Under the pieces are notes generated by a model. That model did no database searches, was not told where the DNA came from, and worked only from the letters and a program-made list of their open reading frames with translations. A DNA stretch of 61,030 nucleotides, filler included, from an uncultured bacterium (GTDB lineage: Bacteria; DAOPZR01), in assembly GCA_964637655.1 (NCBI GenBank). It is 3 parts of 3 records of this genome, joined end to end, with 100 filler letters (N's around TTAATTAATTAA, not from the genome) between each part and the next. Parts side by side here need not be neighbours in the genome. Positions count along the whole stretch, not along the records: positions 20,548 to 40,797 come from CAZWUZ010000029.1; positions 40,898 to 61,030 come from CAZWUZ010000030.1; 1 more part is not named here. One strand, given 5' to 3'. Within the stretch, counting starts at the first letter, position 1; every line of letters starts with the position of its first letter. Shown in pieces: positions 38,620-47,049 of this stretch. The position numbers were made by a program, and so were the translations under genes.

Positions 38620-38909
38620 TTATTGTTTTTCCAATAATTCGGATTGCGGTGCAGATGCATGACCGCAATGATGACGATCTTTCCTGGTCGTTTGCGGAAC
38701 AGGACGCCGAAAGGAAATGTTTATGTGAGACAGCGGCGTACATCAAGCTCGACAATTTGATACAGGTTGGGGTTTAGAAAAATGCGATTGACTGCGTCTT
38801 GCACTGACATTAGAAAGCGTTTGCCGAGACCAGCTTGCTGCCCTTCATAATACTTGGCGGCTGCCTTTAGTTCGGAATCAGCAGCCGGGTGAAACCTGAC
38901 GATTTTCAT
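38620..38909 (-). pseudogene. parE: RelE/ParE family toxin with in-frame TAA
   Basis: MKIVRFHPAADSEL..RRCLT*TFPFGVLF..IIAVMHLHRNPNYWK; stop at 38721-38723; homologous to 15423-15713; 3' end approximate. Confidence 0.82.
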
Positions 38910-39136
38910 GTGAGTGATGCGTACGCCTTAGCAAATACGGTGTCTGCGGCGCGGAGTTTTACCGCGCCGCGATCCACCTCAGCGCAGCGTCGACGGACTT
39001 CCTTTTTCCACTTTGCCGATAAAGGGGGGGCGGGTGGCGCGTCAAGGCTTTCGATCAATTTCTCGGCCACGAACGCGCGTAATGCAGGGGGTAGCCCCAT
39101 TGCTTCCGCCATAACTTTTTTTGCCGTAGTACCCAT
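38906..39136 (-). CDS. Addiction-module antitoxin
   Basis: LPPALRAFVAEKLIESLD..WKKEVRRR; SD AGGAGG; homologous to 15710-15937. Confidence 0.85.
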   Translation of the reverse strand: MGTTAKKVMAEAMGLPPALRAFVAEKLIESLDAPPAPPLSAKWKKEVRRRCAEVDRGAVKLRAADTVFAKAYASLT

Positions 39137-39257
39137 GAATATCCTCCTTCTTAATATATCATCATCCCTTGACTCAATCAGATACTACCACAACGTCCGG
39201 CACAGAGCAACTATTTGCCGCCATTTATCATCTTTCGATTCATATCTGATTATTTTG

Positions 39258-39322
39258 TGCGAACGATGAACGTTCTGCCTTGAGCCGTGCCAGCGGCGAA
39301 GCGCAGCAACGCGAAGTTGTGG
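39258..39322 (-). repeat. attC site 9
   Basis: tgcgaac-gatga..ttgagccgtgccagcggcgaagcgcag..gaa-gttgtgg; same subtype as attC6 and attC7. Confidence 0.88.
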
Positions 39323-39338
39323 CGGATGCTGTCCATCA

Positions 39339-40562
39339 TTACCGCCCAATACCAAGAGCAGTGATGCTTTCGGCAAAGAAACTCTCGAGAGAAACATAGC
39401 GATAAACGGTAGCCTGATCGGCTTCCGGCGAGAGAAGTACTGTTTCTGCTTTCGGATAACGGCGCTTGAAGGCGGCGAGCCCGGACAATGTCTTGCCGGG
39501 GACACCCGACTTGACTTCAATGGCCAGCAATCGATCTCCGTATCGCACCACATAATCGACCTCATAATTTCGCTCACGCCAGTAATACAGCTCGCCGCCT
39601 ACCGCCAGCGCCAGCGCGTACAATTCGCGGCCAACCGCATTTTCCAGCCAGAAGCCCCGCAGCGCCGGTTCACGCATGAGGCGGCTGCGCTGGATACCGG
39701 TGATTGCGGCAATCAGACCGTTATCCATGACGAGGATTTTGGGAATCGACCCGCGCTGACGTATGTGGCCTCCGCTCCAGCGCTCCAGTGGAACGACAAG
39801 AAACGCCATCGCCAACAAGCGCAGATATGAGGCGATAGTCGTCACATTGCCCGCATCGTTGAACGTGCCCAGCATTTTCTGATAGCTGATGATGCGGGCC
39901 GGATTTGCCACCGCCAGCGTGAAGGATTGGCGCAGAAGGATTGGTTTTGACACCGGTGCCAGCAGCAACAGGTCGCGCCCGAGCACGGTTTCGATCAGCG
40001 ACTCGCGTAAATAACTTGCCCAGCGTTGCGGTTGATTGCGTAGGCCGAGGCCGCCGGGGTAACCGCCGAAATACAGAAATTCGTCGAAACTCAGGCCGAA
40101 ACAGGCGTGACATTCGGCAAATGACCACTGGAGATGCCGATGCAGTTCAAAACGGCCCGCCATACTTTCTGCGAGGCCTTTCTGCATCAACAACGCTGAT
40201 GAACCCAGAAGGATGACGCGCAGATTGATGTCCCGGGCGCGATCTTCATCAAACAAGCGCTTTACCTGTTCACTCCATCGGGGAACTTTTTGGATTTCGT
40301 CCAGTACCAGCAGGCCGGGTTTCCGGCGACGGCATAGCCGGCGGGCTTGCAGCCAGTGTTCGTTTAGCCACTCCGGACCAGGCACTTCCGGTCGGTCAGC
40401 AGTTTGGTAGAGCGTTTTGCCCGGCCAGCGCCTGATTAATTGCAAGGCCAGTGTCGATTTTCCCACCTGTCGCGGACCGACAATAACCTGCAGCAGGTTC
40501 GGTTCTCCGGACAACGCCAGCCACAGCGCGTCATAGTGATGACGGCGAATATACCGTTTCAT
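39339..40562 (-). CDS. AAA+ ATPase (AAA_14 plus DUF4143-type, C-terminal nuclease-like motif), cassette-borne
   Basis: GPRQVGKS, LDEIQ, GSS, ESMAGR, GGYP, YWR..EVDYV..IEVKSG. Confidence 0.88.
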   Translation of the reverse strand: MKRYIRRHHYDALWLALSGEPNLLQVIVGPRQVGKSTLALQLIRRWPGKTLYQTADRPEVPGPEWLNEHWLQARRLCRRRKPGLLVLDEIQKVPRWSEQVKRLFDEDRARDINLRVILLGSSALLMQKGLAESMAGRFELHRHLQWSFAECHACFGLSFDEFLYFGGYPGGLGLRNQPQRWASYLRESLIETVLGRDLLLLAPVSKPILLRQSFTLAVANPARIISYQKMLGTFNDAGNVTTIASYLRLLAMAFLVVPLERWSGGHIRQRGSIPKILVMDNGLIAAITGIQRSRLMREPALRGFWLENAVGRELYALALAVGGELYYWRERNYEVDYVVRYGDRLLAIEVKSGVPGKTLSGLAAFKRRYPKAETVLLSPEADQATVYRYVSLESFFAESITALGIGR

Positions 40563-40569
40563 AGCGCGA

Positions 40570-40598
40570 AATATAGCATATGTTTATGCCGCCGTCAA
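40570..40598 (-). promoter_or_regulatory. Leaderless promoter of the ATPase cassette
   Basis: TTGACG-17-TATATT-7-ATG with TG extension. Confidence 0.7.
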
Positions 40599-40684
40599 CA
40601 ATTATCTCAATCAGTTGAGATAATTGAATATTCGGACTGCAACCGGTATCATCCTGGCAATTTTGTTTCGTTCATATATTTTTG

Positions 40685-40745
40685 CCACAACGATGAGCGC
40701 CCCGCGGGCGCTGCCGTCTGCGCCCGCTGCGGCGCGAAGTTGGCA
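40685..40745 (-). repeat. attC site 10
   Basis: ccacaac-gatga-gcgccccgcgggcgc..gcgcccgctgcggcgc-gaa-gttggca; body differs from attC1 at 2 positions. Confidence 0.9.
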
Positions 40746-40797
40746 GATCTTGATCGGGGGATACTAAGCAGCGCGGCGTTTCTTGCTGCGGCCATTG
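40743..40797. repeat. 55-bp exact copy of 16065-16119 (3' end of the BrnA-like cassette)
   Basis: gcagatcttgatcgggggatactaagcagcgcggcgtttcttgctgcggccattg at both positions. Confidence 0.95.
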
Positions 40798-40897
40798 NNN
40801 NNNNNNNNNNNNNNNNNNNNNNNNNNNNNNNNNNNNNNNNNTTAATTAATTAANNNNNNNNNNNNNNNNNNNNNNNNNNNNNNNNNNNNNNNNNNNN
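40798..40897. other. Artificial contig linker
   Basis: N44-TTAATTAATTAA-N44. Confidence 0.97.
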
Positions 40898-41125
40898 GGC
40901 GCCGTGAGAGCTGCGCGACGAGCCGGTGGTGGCGATGTGGGCCTTCGACAGCAGCTCAAGGCGGGCCAGCTGCCGGCTGCCGCGCAGCTGTCGGCCCTGC
41001 CTGCCGCCGCTCCCGCAGTGGCGCCGCCGGCACTGCGAGACCCGTCAACCCCGCCGCCGGATGCCGTGTTGCCGGCAGCACCATCAGGCGCGCTGCCGAC
41101 CACCCTGCGCAACGACGCCTCCTGA
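40898..41125 (+). CDS. 3' end of an unknown protein (Pro/Ala-rich tail)
   Basis: Open frame from the contig start ending 4 nt before the oppB start. Confidence 0.4.
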   Translation, partial: GAVRAARRAGGGDVGLRQQLKAGQLPAAAQLSALPAAAPAVAPPALRDPSTPPPDAVLPAAPSGALPTTLRNDAS

Positions 41126-41129
41126 CCTG

Positions 41130-42110
41130 ATGCTTCGCTACCTCGGGCGCCGGCTGCTCAACCTCATCCCGCTCATCCTCGGTATCACCGTCGTCTCGTT
41201 CACCGTCATGCAGCTGGCCCCGGGTGATTATCTCGACCAGTTGCGCCTGCGCCCCGAAGTGTCGCCCGAAACGGTGGCGCGCCTGAGCGCGCAGCTCGGA
41301 CTGGACCGCCCGCTCTGGGAACAGTACGCGCGCTGGCTGTGGGGCGTGGTGCGCGGTGATCTCGGCTACTCGTTCGCCTGGCATATCCCGGTGGGTGATG
41401 TCATCGGCCTGCGACTGAGCAACACGCTGCTGCTGACGGTCACCGCCATGGCGCTGTCGTGGCTCATCGCCATCCCGCTGGGGGTCTACGCGGCGCTGCG
41501 CGACGGGCGCCCTCCCGAGCGCGCGCTCTCGCTGCTGGCGTTTGTCATTCTCGCGGTGCCCGAGTTCTTCCTCGCCTTCCTGCTGATCTGGCTGGCGGCG
41601 CGCACCGGCTGGCTGCCGACGGGGGGGATGGTCTCGCCCTACCACGATGAACTGGGCACCTTTGACCGCCTGCGCGACCTTATCAGCCATCTCATCATTC
41701 CCGCAGGCGTGCTCGCCCTCGGCAGTGCCGCGTCGCTGCAGCGCTTTCTGCGCAGCACCCTGCTCGAGGTCATGCATCGCCCGTTTGTCACCGCGCTGCG
41801 CGCGCGCGGACTCGCCCCGTGGCGGGTCAACTACCGCCACGCGCTGCGCCTCGCGCTCAACCCGCTGATTACCATGTTCGGCTACCAGTTGTCGGGACTC
41901 TTTTCCGGCGCGGCGCTGGTCGAGATTATCACCGGCTGGCCGGGGATGGGCTCGCTCATGCTCGAGGCCGTCATCGGGCAGGACCTCTACCTGGTCATGG
42001 CGGCGATGCTCGTCGGGGCGGTACTGCTCGTGCTGGGCAACCTGCTCGCCGATCTCCTGCTGGCGCTGGCTGACCCGCGCGTGCGCCTCGCCGACAAGGA
42101 GGCCACATGA
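41130..42110 (+). CDS. oppB: Peptide ABC transporter permease (OppB/DppB)
   Basis: MLRYLGRRLL, APGD, LGLDRP, GDLGYS, GWPGMG. Confidence 0.88.
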   Translation: MLRYLGRRLLNLIPLILGITVVSFTVMQLAPGDYLDQLRLRPEVSPETVARLSAQLGLDRPLWEQYARWLWGVVRGDLGYSFAWHIPVGDVIGLRLSNTLLLTVTAMALSWLIAIPLGVYAALRDGRPPERALSLLAFVILAVPEFFLAFLLIWLAARTGWLPTGGMVSPYHDELGTFDRLRDLISHLIIPAGVLALGSAASLQRFLRSTLLEVMHRPFVTALRARGLAPWRVNYRHALRLALNPLITMFGYQLSGLFSGAALVEIITGWPGMGSLMLEAVIGQDLYLVMAAMLVGAVLLVLGNLLADLLLALADPRVRLADKEAT

Positions 42111-43051
42111 GCGCCGCGTTGCGCCGCCGCCCGCTGCTGGCGGCTGCCGCCGTCGTGCTGGTGCTGCTCTACGGCCTCGCCCTCTTTGCCGATGTGCTCG
42201 CTCCCTGCGCCCCCGACCGCATGCAGCGTGAACGCGCGCATTGCTCACCGTCGCTGCCGTCGGCAGTCGCCTGGTTCGCGCCGGGCGACCCGTACGTACT
42301 CTGGGGGCTTATCCCCGGAGAGCGCCACCTGTTCGTGCTGCCGGAAGGTGAATTCCTGCTCGGCAGCGACCAGTTCGGGCGCGACCAGCTGTCGCGGCTC
42401 ATCCACGGCAGCCGCATCTCGCTGAGCATCGGGCTGATCGGCGTGGCGATTTCGTTCGCCATCGGGCTGGCCGTCGGCGGCATCGCCGGCTATTGCGGCG
42501 GCCGCACTGACGCGCTGCTGATGCGCGCCTGCGAGGTGATCATCGCCTTCCCCGCGCTCTACCTCATCCTCGCGCTGCGCGGGATCTTCCCGCTCGACAT
42601 GTCCTCGGGCCAGGTCTACCTGATGGTCGTGGTGGTGCTGTCGCTGGTCGGCTGGGCGGGGCTGGCACGCATCATCCGCGGGCTGGTGCTGGCGCTCAAG
42701 GAGGAACCGTTCATCCGCGGCGCGCTTGCCATCGGCGCGTCGCCCGCGCGCATCATCTTCCGCCACCTGCTGCCGCATACCATGTCGTTCACCGTCGTGG
42801 CCATGACGCTGAGCGTGCCGGGCTACATCATCGGCGAAGCGGCGCTCTCGGTCATCGGGCTTGGCATACAGGAACCGCAGGCGTCGTGGGGAAACATGCT
42901 CAACGCCGCGCGCTCGGTGCAGGTGCTGGCCAACGAGCCGTGGCTGCTCATGCCGGGGCTGTTTATCGTCATCACCGTCATGGCGTTCAACCTGCTCGGC
43001 GACGGGTTGCGCGACCTGCTCGACCCGTACGACAAGGGGGCGCGGCTGTGA
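42107..43051 (+). CDS. oppC: Peptide ABC transporter permease (OppC/DppC)
   Basis: LGSDQFGRD, RISL, SWGNML, FNLLGDGLRD. Confidence 0.88.
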   Translation: MSAALRRRPLLAAAAVVLVLLYGLALFADVLAPCAPDRMQRERAHCSPSLPSAVAWFAPGDPYVLWGLIPGERHLFVLPEGEFLLGSDQFGRDQLSRLIHGSRISLSIGLIGVAISFAIGLAVGGIAGYCGGRTDALLMRACEVIIAFPALYLILALRGIFPLDMSSGQVYLMVVVVLSLVGWAGLARIIRGLVLALKEEPFIRGALAIGASPARIIFRHLLPHTMSFTVVAMTLSVPGYIIGEAALSVIGLGIQEPQASWGNMLNAARSVQVLANEPWLLMPGLFIVITVMAFNLLGDGLRDLLDPYDKGARL

Positions 43052-43986
43052 CCGTCGCCGCGCTGCGCGATCTGCGCGTCACCTTTCCCGGTCACCCGCC
43101 GGCGGTTGACGGGGTGTCGCTGGCACTGGCTGCGGGCGAATTCCACGCGCTGGTCGGGGAGAGCGGGTGCGGCAAGTCGCTGACTGCACTCGCCTTTCTC
43201 GGACTGCTGCCGGGCGCGGCGACCGCGTCAGGGAGTGTCACCTACGGCAGCGATACGGGCGCCGTGCGTGATGAAGCGTTTTTCGTTGCACGCCGCGGCA
43301 CGGCGGCGGGGATGGTTTTTCAGGAGCCGCTGGCGGCGTTCAACCCGCTCTACAGCATCGGCAGCCAGCTGGCCGAGGCGGTGGCGGCGCACCGCGCGGG
43401 CGACCCGCAGCCGGTAGTACACGAACTGCTTGCCGCGGTCGCCATCCCCGACCCGGAGCGTATCGCCCGCGCCTACCCGCATCAGTTGTCCGGGGGCATG
43501 CTGCAGCGGGCGATGCTGGCCGTCGCGCTGGCGGGGGAGCCGCGCCTGCTGCTCGCTGACGAACCGACCACCGCGCTCGACCTTTCGCTGCAGCAGGGAG
43601 CGATGGAACTGATTGCCGGGCTCTGCCGGAGCCGCGGGCTGGCCGTGCTTTTTATCACACACAATCTCGGGCTGGCGCACGATTATGCGGATAATGTGAC
43701 CGTCATGTACCTCGGGACGGTGGTCGAGCGCGGCCCGGCGGCGATGGTGCTGCGCACGCCCGCGCATCCCTACACCCGCGCGCTGCTGGACACGCTGCCG
43801 CGCATCGACGCGCCGCCGGGGAGCGCGATGCGCACCGTCCCGGGCGAACTGCAGCGACCCGCGCAAGGGTGTGTGTTTGCCCCGCGCTGCCCGCGTGCGA
43901 CGGATGATTGCCGCGCGGCGGTGCCTGCCTGGCGCGGCGATGCGCTGGCCGGTTGCGCCTGTTTGTATCCGGAAACGCCGGCATGA
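43048..43986 (+). CDS. oppD: Peptide ABC transporter ATPase (OppD/DppD)
   Basis: GESGCGKS, YPHQLSGGM, ADEPTTALD, HPYT; GTGA overlap. Confidence 0.88.
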   Translation: MTVAALRDLRVTFPGHPPAVDGVSLALAAGEFHALVGESGCGKSLTALAFLGLLPGAATASGSVTYGSDTGAVRDEAFFVARRGTAAGMVFQEPLAAFNPLYSIGSQLAEAVAAHRAGDPQPVVHELLAAVAIPDPERIARAYPHQLSGGMLQRAMLAVALAGEPRLLLADEPTTALDLSLQQGAMELIAGLCRSRGLAVLFITHNLGLAHDYADNVTVMYLGTVVERGPAAMVLRTPAHPYTRALLDTLPRIDAPPGSAMRTVPGELQRPAQGCVFAPRCPRATDDCRAAVPAWRGDALAGCACLYPETPA

Positions 43987-44003
43987 AGACAACGGCGAAG
44001 GCG

Positions 44004-44363
44004 TTCACCACGGAGCACACGGAGCACGCGGAGCGTCTGCGGTCTGCCGGCGTCGGTTCCGCAGTCCACGCTGCCGGTCATTCCCGCATTGTGCTATCGG
44101 GAATCCAGCCCGGTCATGGTGCAGTCCTCCGTGCCCTCCGTGTGCTCCGTGGTAAAGGTTGTTCCGTTCTCCGTGTGCTCCGTGATAAGAATGTATTTTG
44201 TTCTGCAGCAGCGGCCCCGCCTGTGGTGCTCAGGTCAGTACTCTGCGTGCTCTGTGTGCTCTGTGGTGAACGGTTATGCCGTTCGGTAGTGTCGTCACTG
44301 ATCAGTCAGACCCCATGGGNNNNNNNNNNAGTGCTCCGTGGACTCCGTGTGCTCCGTGGTAGA
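44004..44363. repeat. Cluster of five 9-nt-periodic CTCYGTG repeats (one forward, four reverse) containing a 10-N gap
   Basis: Units at 44004-44033, 44127-44156, 44169-44188, 44241-44270, 44334-44363. Confidence 0.85.
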
Positions 44364-44389
44364 ACGAAGTTCCGGCAGGAAGTGGCGGC

Positions 44390-45331
44390 ATGCTGAGCGC
44401 GCACGGTCTGCAGAAACGCTTCCGCATCCCGGGTCCCACCCCGTGGGCGAAACAGCGCATGCTCTACGCGGTCAACGGCATTGACTTTGACCTTGCGACC
44501 GGAGAATGTCTCGCGCTGGTCGGGGAAAGCGGCTGCGGCAAATCGACGACGGCGAACCTGCTCGCCGGGCTGCTGGTCGCTGATGCGGGCACGGTTACGC
44601 TCGACGGAGAATTGCTGCGCCATGATCATGCCGGTCGACTCGCCATCGCCCGCCGCATCGGGCTGGTTTTCCAGAATCCCGGGGCGGCGCTCGACCCGCG
44701 GCAGACCGTAGCCGCGGCGCTGGCCGAACCGCTGCAGGTGCACGGGCGCGACGGGGCGGAGGAGAAGGTACCGGCCCTGCTCGCGTCGGTTGGCATGGAC
44801 GCCGCAATCGCGACGCGCCACCCGCACGAGTTTTCAGGCGGGCAGCGGCAGCGGCTCGCGGTGGCGCGTGCGCTGGCGCTCGACCCGCAATTCCTCATCG
44901 CGGATGAGCCGACCGCTTCGCTCGATGTCTCCGTACAGGGGGGTATTGTCAACCTGCTGCTCGACCTCAAACGCGAACGGCAGCTCGGGCTGTTGCTTAT
45001 CGCTCATGATCTCTGCCTCGTGCGTCACCTGGCCGATCGCATCGCGGTGATGTACCTCGGGCATATCGTCGAGGAGGCGCCCAACGCGGAACTCTACCGC
45101 AGTCCGCGCCATCCCTACACGCGCGGACTGCTCGCCGCGCTGCCGCGTTTCTACGGCTGGGACGGGCCGCGCGCCGAACTGCGCGGTGAGCCGCATGCCG
45201 CGCTGGCCATCCCGTCGGGCTGTCCCTACCGCGACCGCTGTCCGCTGGCACAACCGCGCTGCACGACGGAAATGCCGGCCCTGCGCGAGTGCGGCGGCAG
45301 CCGCGTCGCCTGCCATTTCGCGCAGTGCTGA
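44390..45331 (+). CDS. oppF: Peptide ABC transporter ATPase (OppF/DppF)
   Basis: GESGCGKST, PHEFSGGQRQR, SLDVSVQ, VACH. Confidence 0.88.
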   Translation: MLSAHGLQKRFRIPGPTPWAKQRMLYAVNGIDFDLATGECLALVGESGCGKSTTANLLAGLLVADAGTVTLDGELLRHDHAGRLAIARRIGLVFQNPGAALDPRQTVAAALAEPLQVHGRDGAEEKVPALLASVGMDAAIATRHPHEFSGGQRQRLAVARALALDPQFLIADEPTASLDVSVQGGIVNLLLDLKRERQLGLLLIAHDLCLVRHLADRIAVMYLGHIVEEAPNAELYRSPRHPYTRGLLAALPRFYGWDGPRAELRGEPHAALAIPSGCPYRDRCPLAQPRCTTEMPALRECGGSRVACHFAQC

Positions 45332-45333
45332 GC

Positions 45334-45894
45334 ATGGACGAGCGTTCCGTACTGCGGCGGCAGGCGAAGAAGCAGCGCGCGGCGCTCACTGACCGCGCGG
45401 CGCAGAGCGCAGCCATTTGCGCGCGGCTGGTCGCGCTGCCGCAGTGGCAGCAGGCGCGCTGCGTCTTCAGCTATGTCGCGGTGCGCGACGAAGTCGATGT
45501 CAACCCGCTGCTGCAGACGCTGCCGGGCGGCGGGGAAAAACTGCTCTGCGTGCCGCGCGTCTCGCGGGCGGGACACATGGACGCCGTCGCGCTGATCGCC
45601 GACTGGGCGGAACTGGCTGACGGACCCTTCGGCCTGCGGCAGCCCCCGGCGGACCGCGCCCCGCTGCCGCCGGAGAGCATCGACCTCATCCTTGTCCCCG
45701 GTCTGCTCTTCGCCCGCGACGGCAGTCGCCTCGGCTACGGCGGCGGCTATTACGACCGGTTCCTCGCCCGGCTGCCGCGCGTGACGCGCGTCGGGCTCTG
45801 CTATCGCGAACTGCTGGTCGATACGCTGCCGGCGCGGCCTGATGAACCGCGCTGCCACCTCATTCTTACCCCTGAGACGCTCCTCGTCCCCTGA
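45334..45894 (+). CDS. 5-formyltetrahydrofolate cyclo-ligase
   Basis: DLILVPGLLF..RLGYGGGYYDRFL. Confidence 0.92.
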   Translation: MDERSVLRRQAKKQRAALTDRAAQSAAICARLVALPQWQQARCVFSYVAVRDEVDVNPLLQTLPGGGEKLLCVPRVSRAGHMDAVALIADWAELADGPFGLRQPPADRAPLPPESIDLILVPGLLFARDGSRLGYGGGYYDRFLARLPRVTRVGLCYRELLVDTLPARPDEPRCHLILTPETLLVP

Positions 45895-45910
45895 GTGACC
45901 ACGGGAAAAG

Positions 45911-46086
45911 GCAACTATTCAGCCCGTCTGTCCCCTCGCCCGCGGTTCATAGCGGGAGTCCCGTAGGGTCGCTCCGGAGGATGCGTGGAAGACGCGCAGC
46001 GTCAGGTGAGGGTTGCAAGGCGCACACATTTTTCACCCTCACCCCTGCCCTCTCCCTGCAGGCAGCGGGAGAGGGTGAATAGTTAC
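45911..46086. mobile_element. 176-bp MITE, IS66-like ends, 8-bp target duplication
   Basis: Ends GCAACTATTCA / TGAATAGTTAC; flanking direct repeat GGGAAAAG at 45903-45910 and 46087-46094. Confidence 0.75.
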
Positions 46087-46145
46087 GGGAAAAGTTAGTA
46101 ACGATCCGGGTCTCCGTCCCTGTTTTTGTTACTAACTGCGGGGCG

Positions 46146-46175
46146 TTGACCGGATGGGGGGAAGTGCGGTATACT
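46146..46175 (+). promoter_or_regulatory. Putative sigma70 promoter
   Basis: TTGACC-18-TATACT, preceded by inverted repeat AGTTAGTAAC/GTTACTAACT (46093-46137). Confidence 0.5.
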
Positions 46176-46222
46176 TGTCGTGTCGGGACGCGCGCACGAC
46201 GCGTACCGGCACGGGGGTGGCC

Positions 46223-46579
46223 ATGATGGAATTCAGCATCAGCGAACGATCCGGGGGCGAGGGCGTCGCCATCTTCCGCTTTCAGGGTGATATCACTGCA
46301 GCCCACGGGCGGCAGTTGCGCGCCTTCTTCACGGGCCTGCCGGCGACAGGCGCCACGCGCGTCGTCGTCGACCTTTCCGGCGTCAACTACATGGCAAGTG
46401 TCGGGCTGGGCGAACTGGTCAATGCCCATCAGCTGCTGGAAGAAGCCGGCGGTGCGCTGGCGGTTGCGGCCCCGCAGCAGCGCGTGAAGGAACTTTTCCA
46501 CCTGTCGCGCATCGACGTGGTGCTGCAGCTCCATGCGACGGTTGACGCGGCGGTGGCGGCACTCAAGCCCGCCGGCTGA
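46223..46579 (+). CDS. STAS anti-sigma factor antagonist
   Basis: VVVDLSGVNYMASVGLG. Confidence 0.88.
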   Translation: MMEFSISERSGGEGVAIFRFQGDITAAHGRQLRAFFTGLPATGATRVVVDLSGVNYMASVGLGELVNAHQLLEEAGGALAVAAPQQRVKELFHLSRIDVVLQLHATVDAAVAALKPAG

Positions 46580-46582
46580 ATC

Positions 46583-47002
46583 GTGGACGAACAGTTCGGG
46601 CCGCGCCTGCGCCCCGTGCATCTCATCGTCCTTGCCGTCGCCGTCACGCTCTCCGCCCTGCTCTGGTGGCAGATGATCGTGCGCAATCCCGCGGCGGAGC
46701 AGTACGAAGAGGCACGTGCCCTCCAGGGTGAAATGGAGACCGTGCGCGCCGCGGTCCGCGAGCAGATTCTGCGCGAGACGACGCTGCAGCGGGCACCCAC
46801 CCCCGACGAGCGCGAGGTGATACGCACGCGCACCGAATCGCTGCTGCAGCAGCAGTATGCCGGCGGTGACATCCCGCTGGAGTTGCAGGAACAACTGTCA
46901 CGCACGGTCAACCTCGATATCGAAGAAAACTTGTACTCGCGCACTGATACTTCGGTGGTGCGTCCGCAGCCGGCAGCCGATACCGGCATCCGCCTCTACT
47001 GA
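46583..47002 (+). CDS. Hypothetical membrane-anchored protein
   Basis: GTG start, one TM helix then helical region. Confidence 0.6.
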   Translation: MDEQFGPRLRPVHLIVLAVAVTLSALLWWQMIVRNPAAEQYEEARALQGEMETVRAAVREQILRETTLQRAPTPDEREVIRTRTESLLQQQYAGGDIPLELQEQLSRTVNLDIEENLYSRTDTSVVRPQPAADTGIRLY

Positions 47003-47014
47003 ACAGATTGGTAC

Positions 47015-47043
47015 TTTACGCGGCGGATTGAATAGGGTATACT
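47015..47043 (+). promoter_or_regulatory. Leaderless promoter of the kinase cluster
   Basis: TTTACG-17-TATACT-6-GTG. Confidence 0.6.
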
Positions 47044-47049
47044 CAATTT

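Larger units (their letters stand above)
38559..40797 (-). mobile_element. Integron-type cassette array 2 (3 attC sites; proximal end lost in contig break)
   Basis: Same attC family as array 1; cassette core boxes complementary (GTTCGCA/TGCGAAC, GTTGTGG/CCACAAC). Confidence 0.9.

Noticed and set aside
44004-44363. Repeat cluster as a mini-CRISPR
   Set aside because: Mixed orientations, irregular spacing and degenerate units
43908-44396. ORFs across the CTCCGTG repeat cluster
   Set aside because: Translations of repeats (LRVLRG, SVCSV) spanning an N gap
45320-45340. 6S RNA upstream of the 5-formyl-THF cyclo-ligase gene
   Set aside because: Only 2 nt separate it from oppF, leaving no room
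46098-46132. Second tiny GTAAC..GTTAC element beside the MITE
   Set aside because: No target duplication; better read as part of a 10-bp inverted repeat of unknown role
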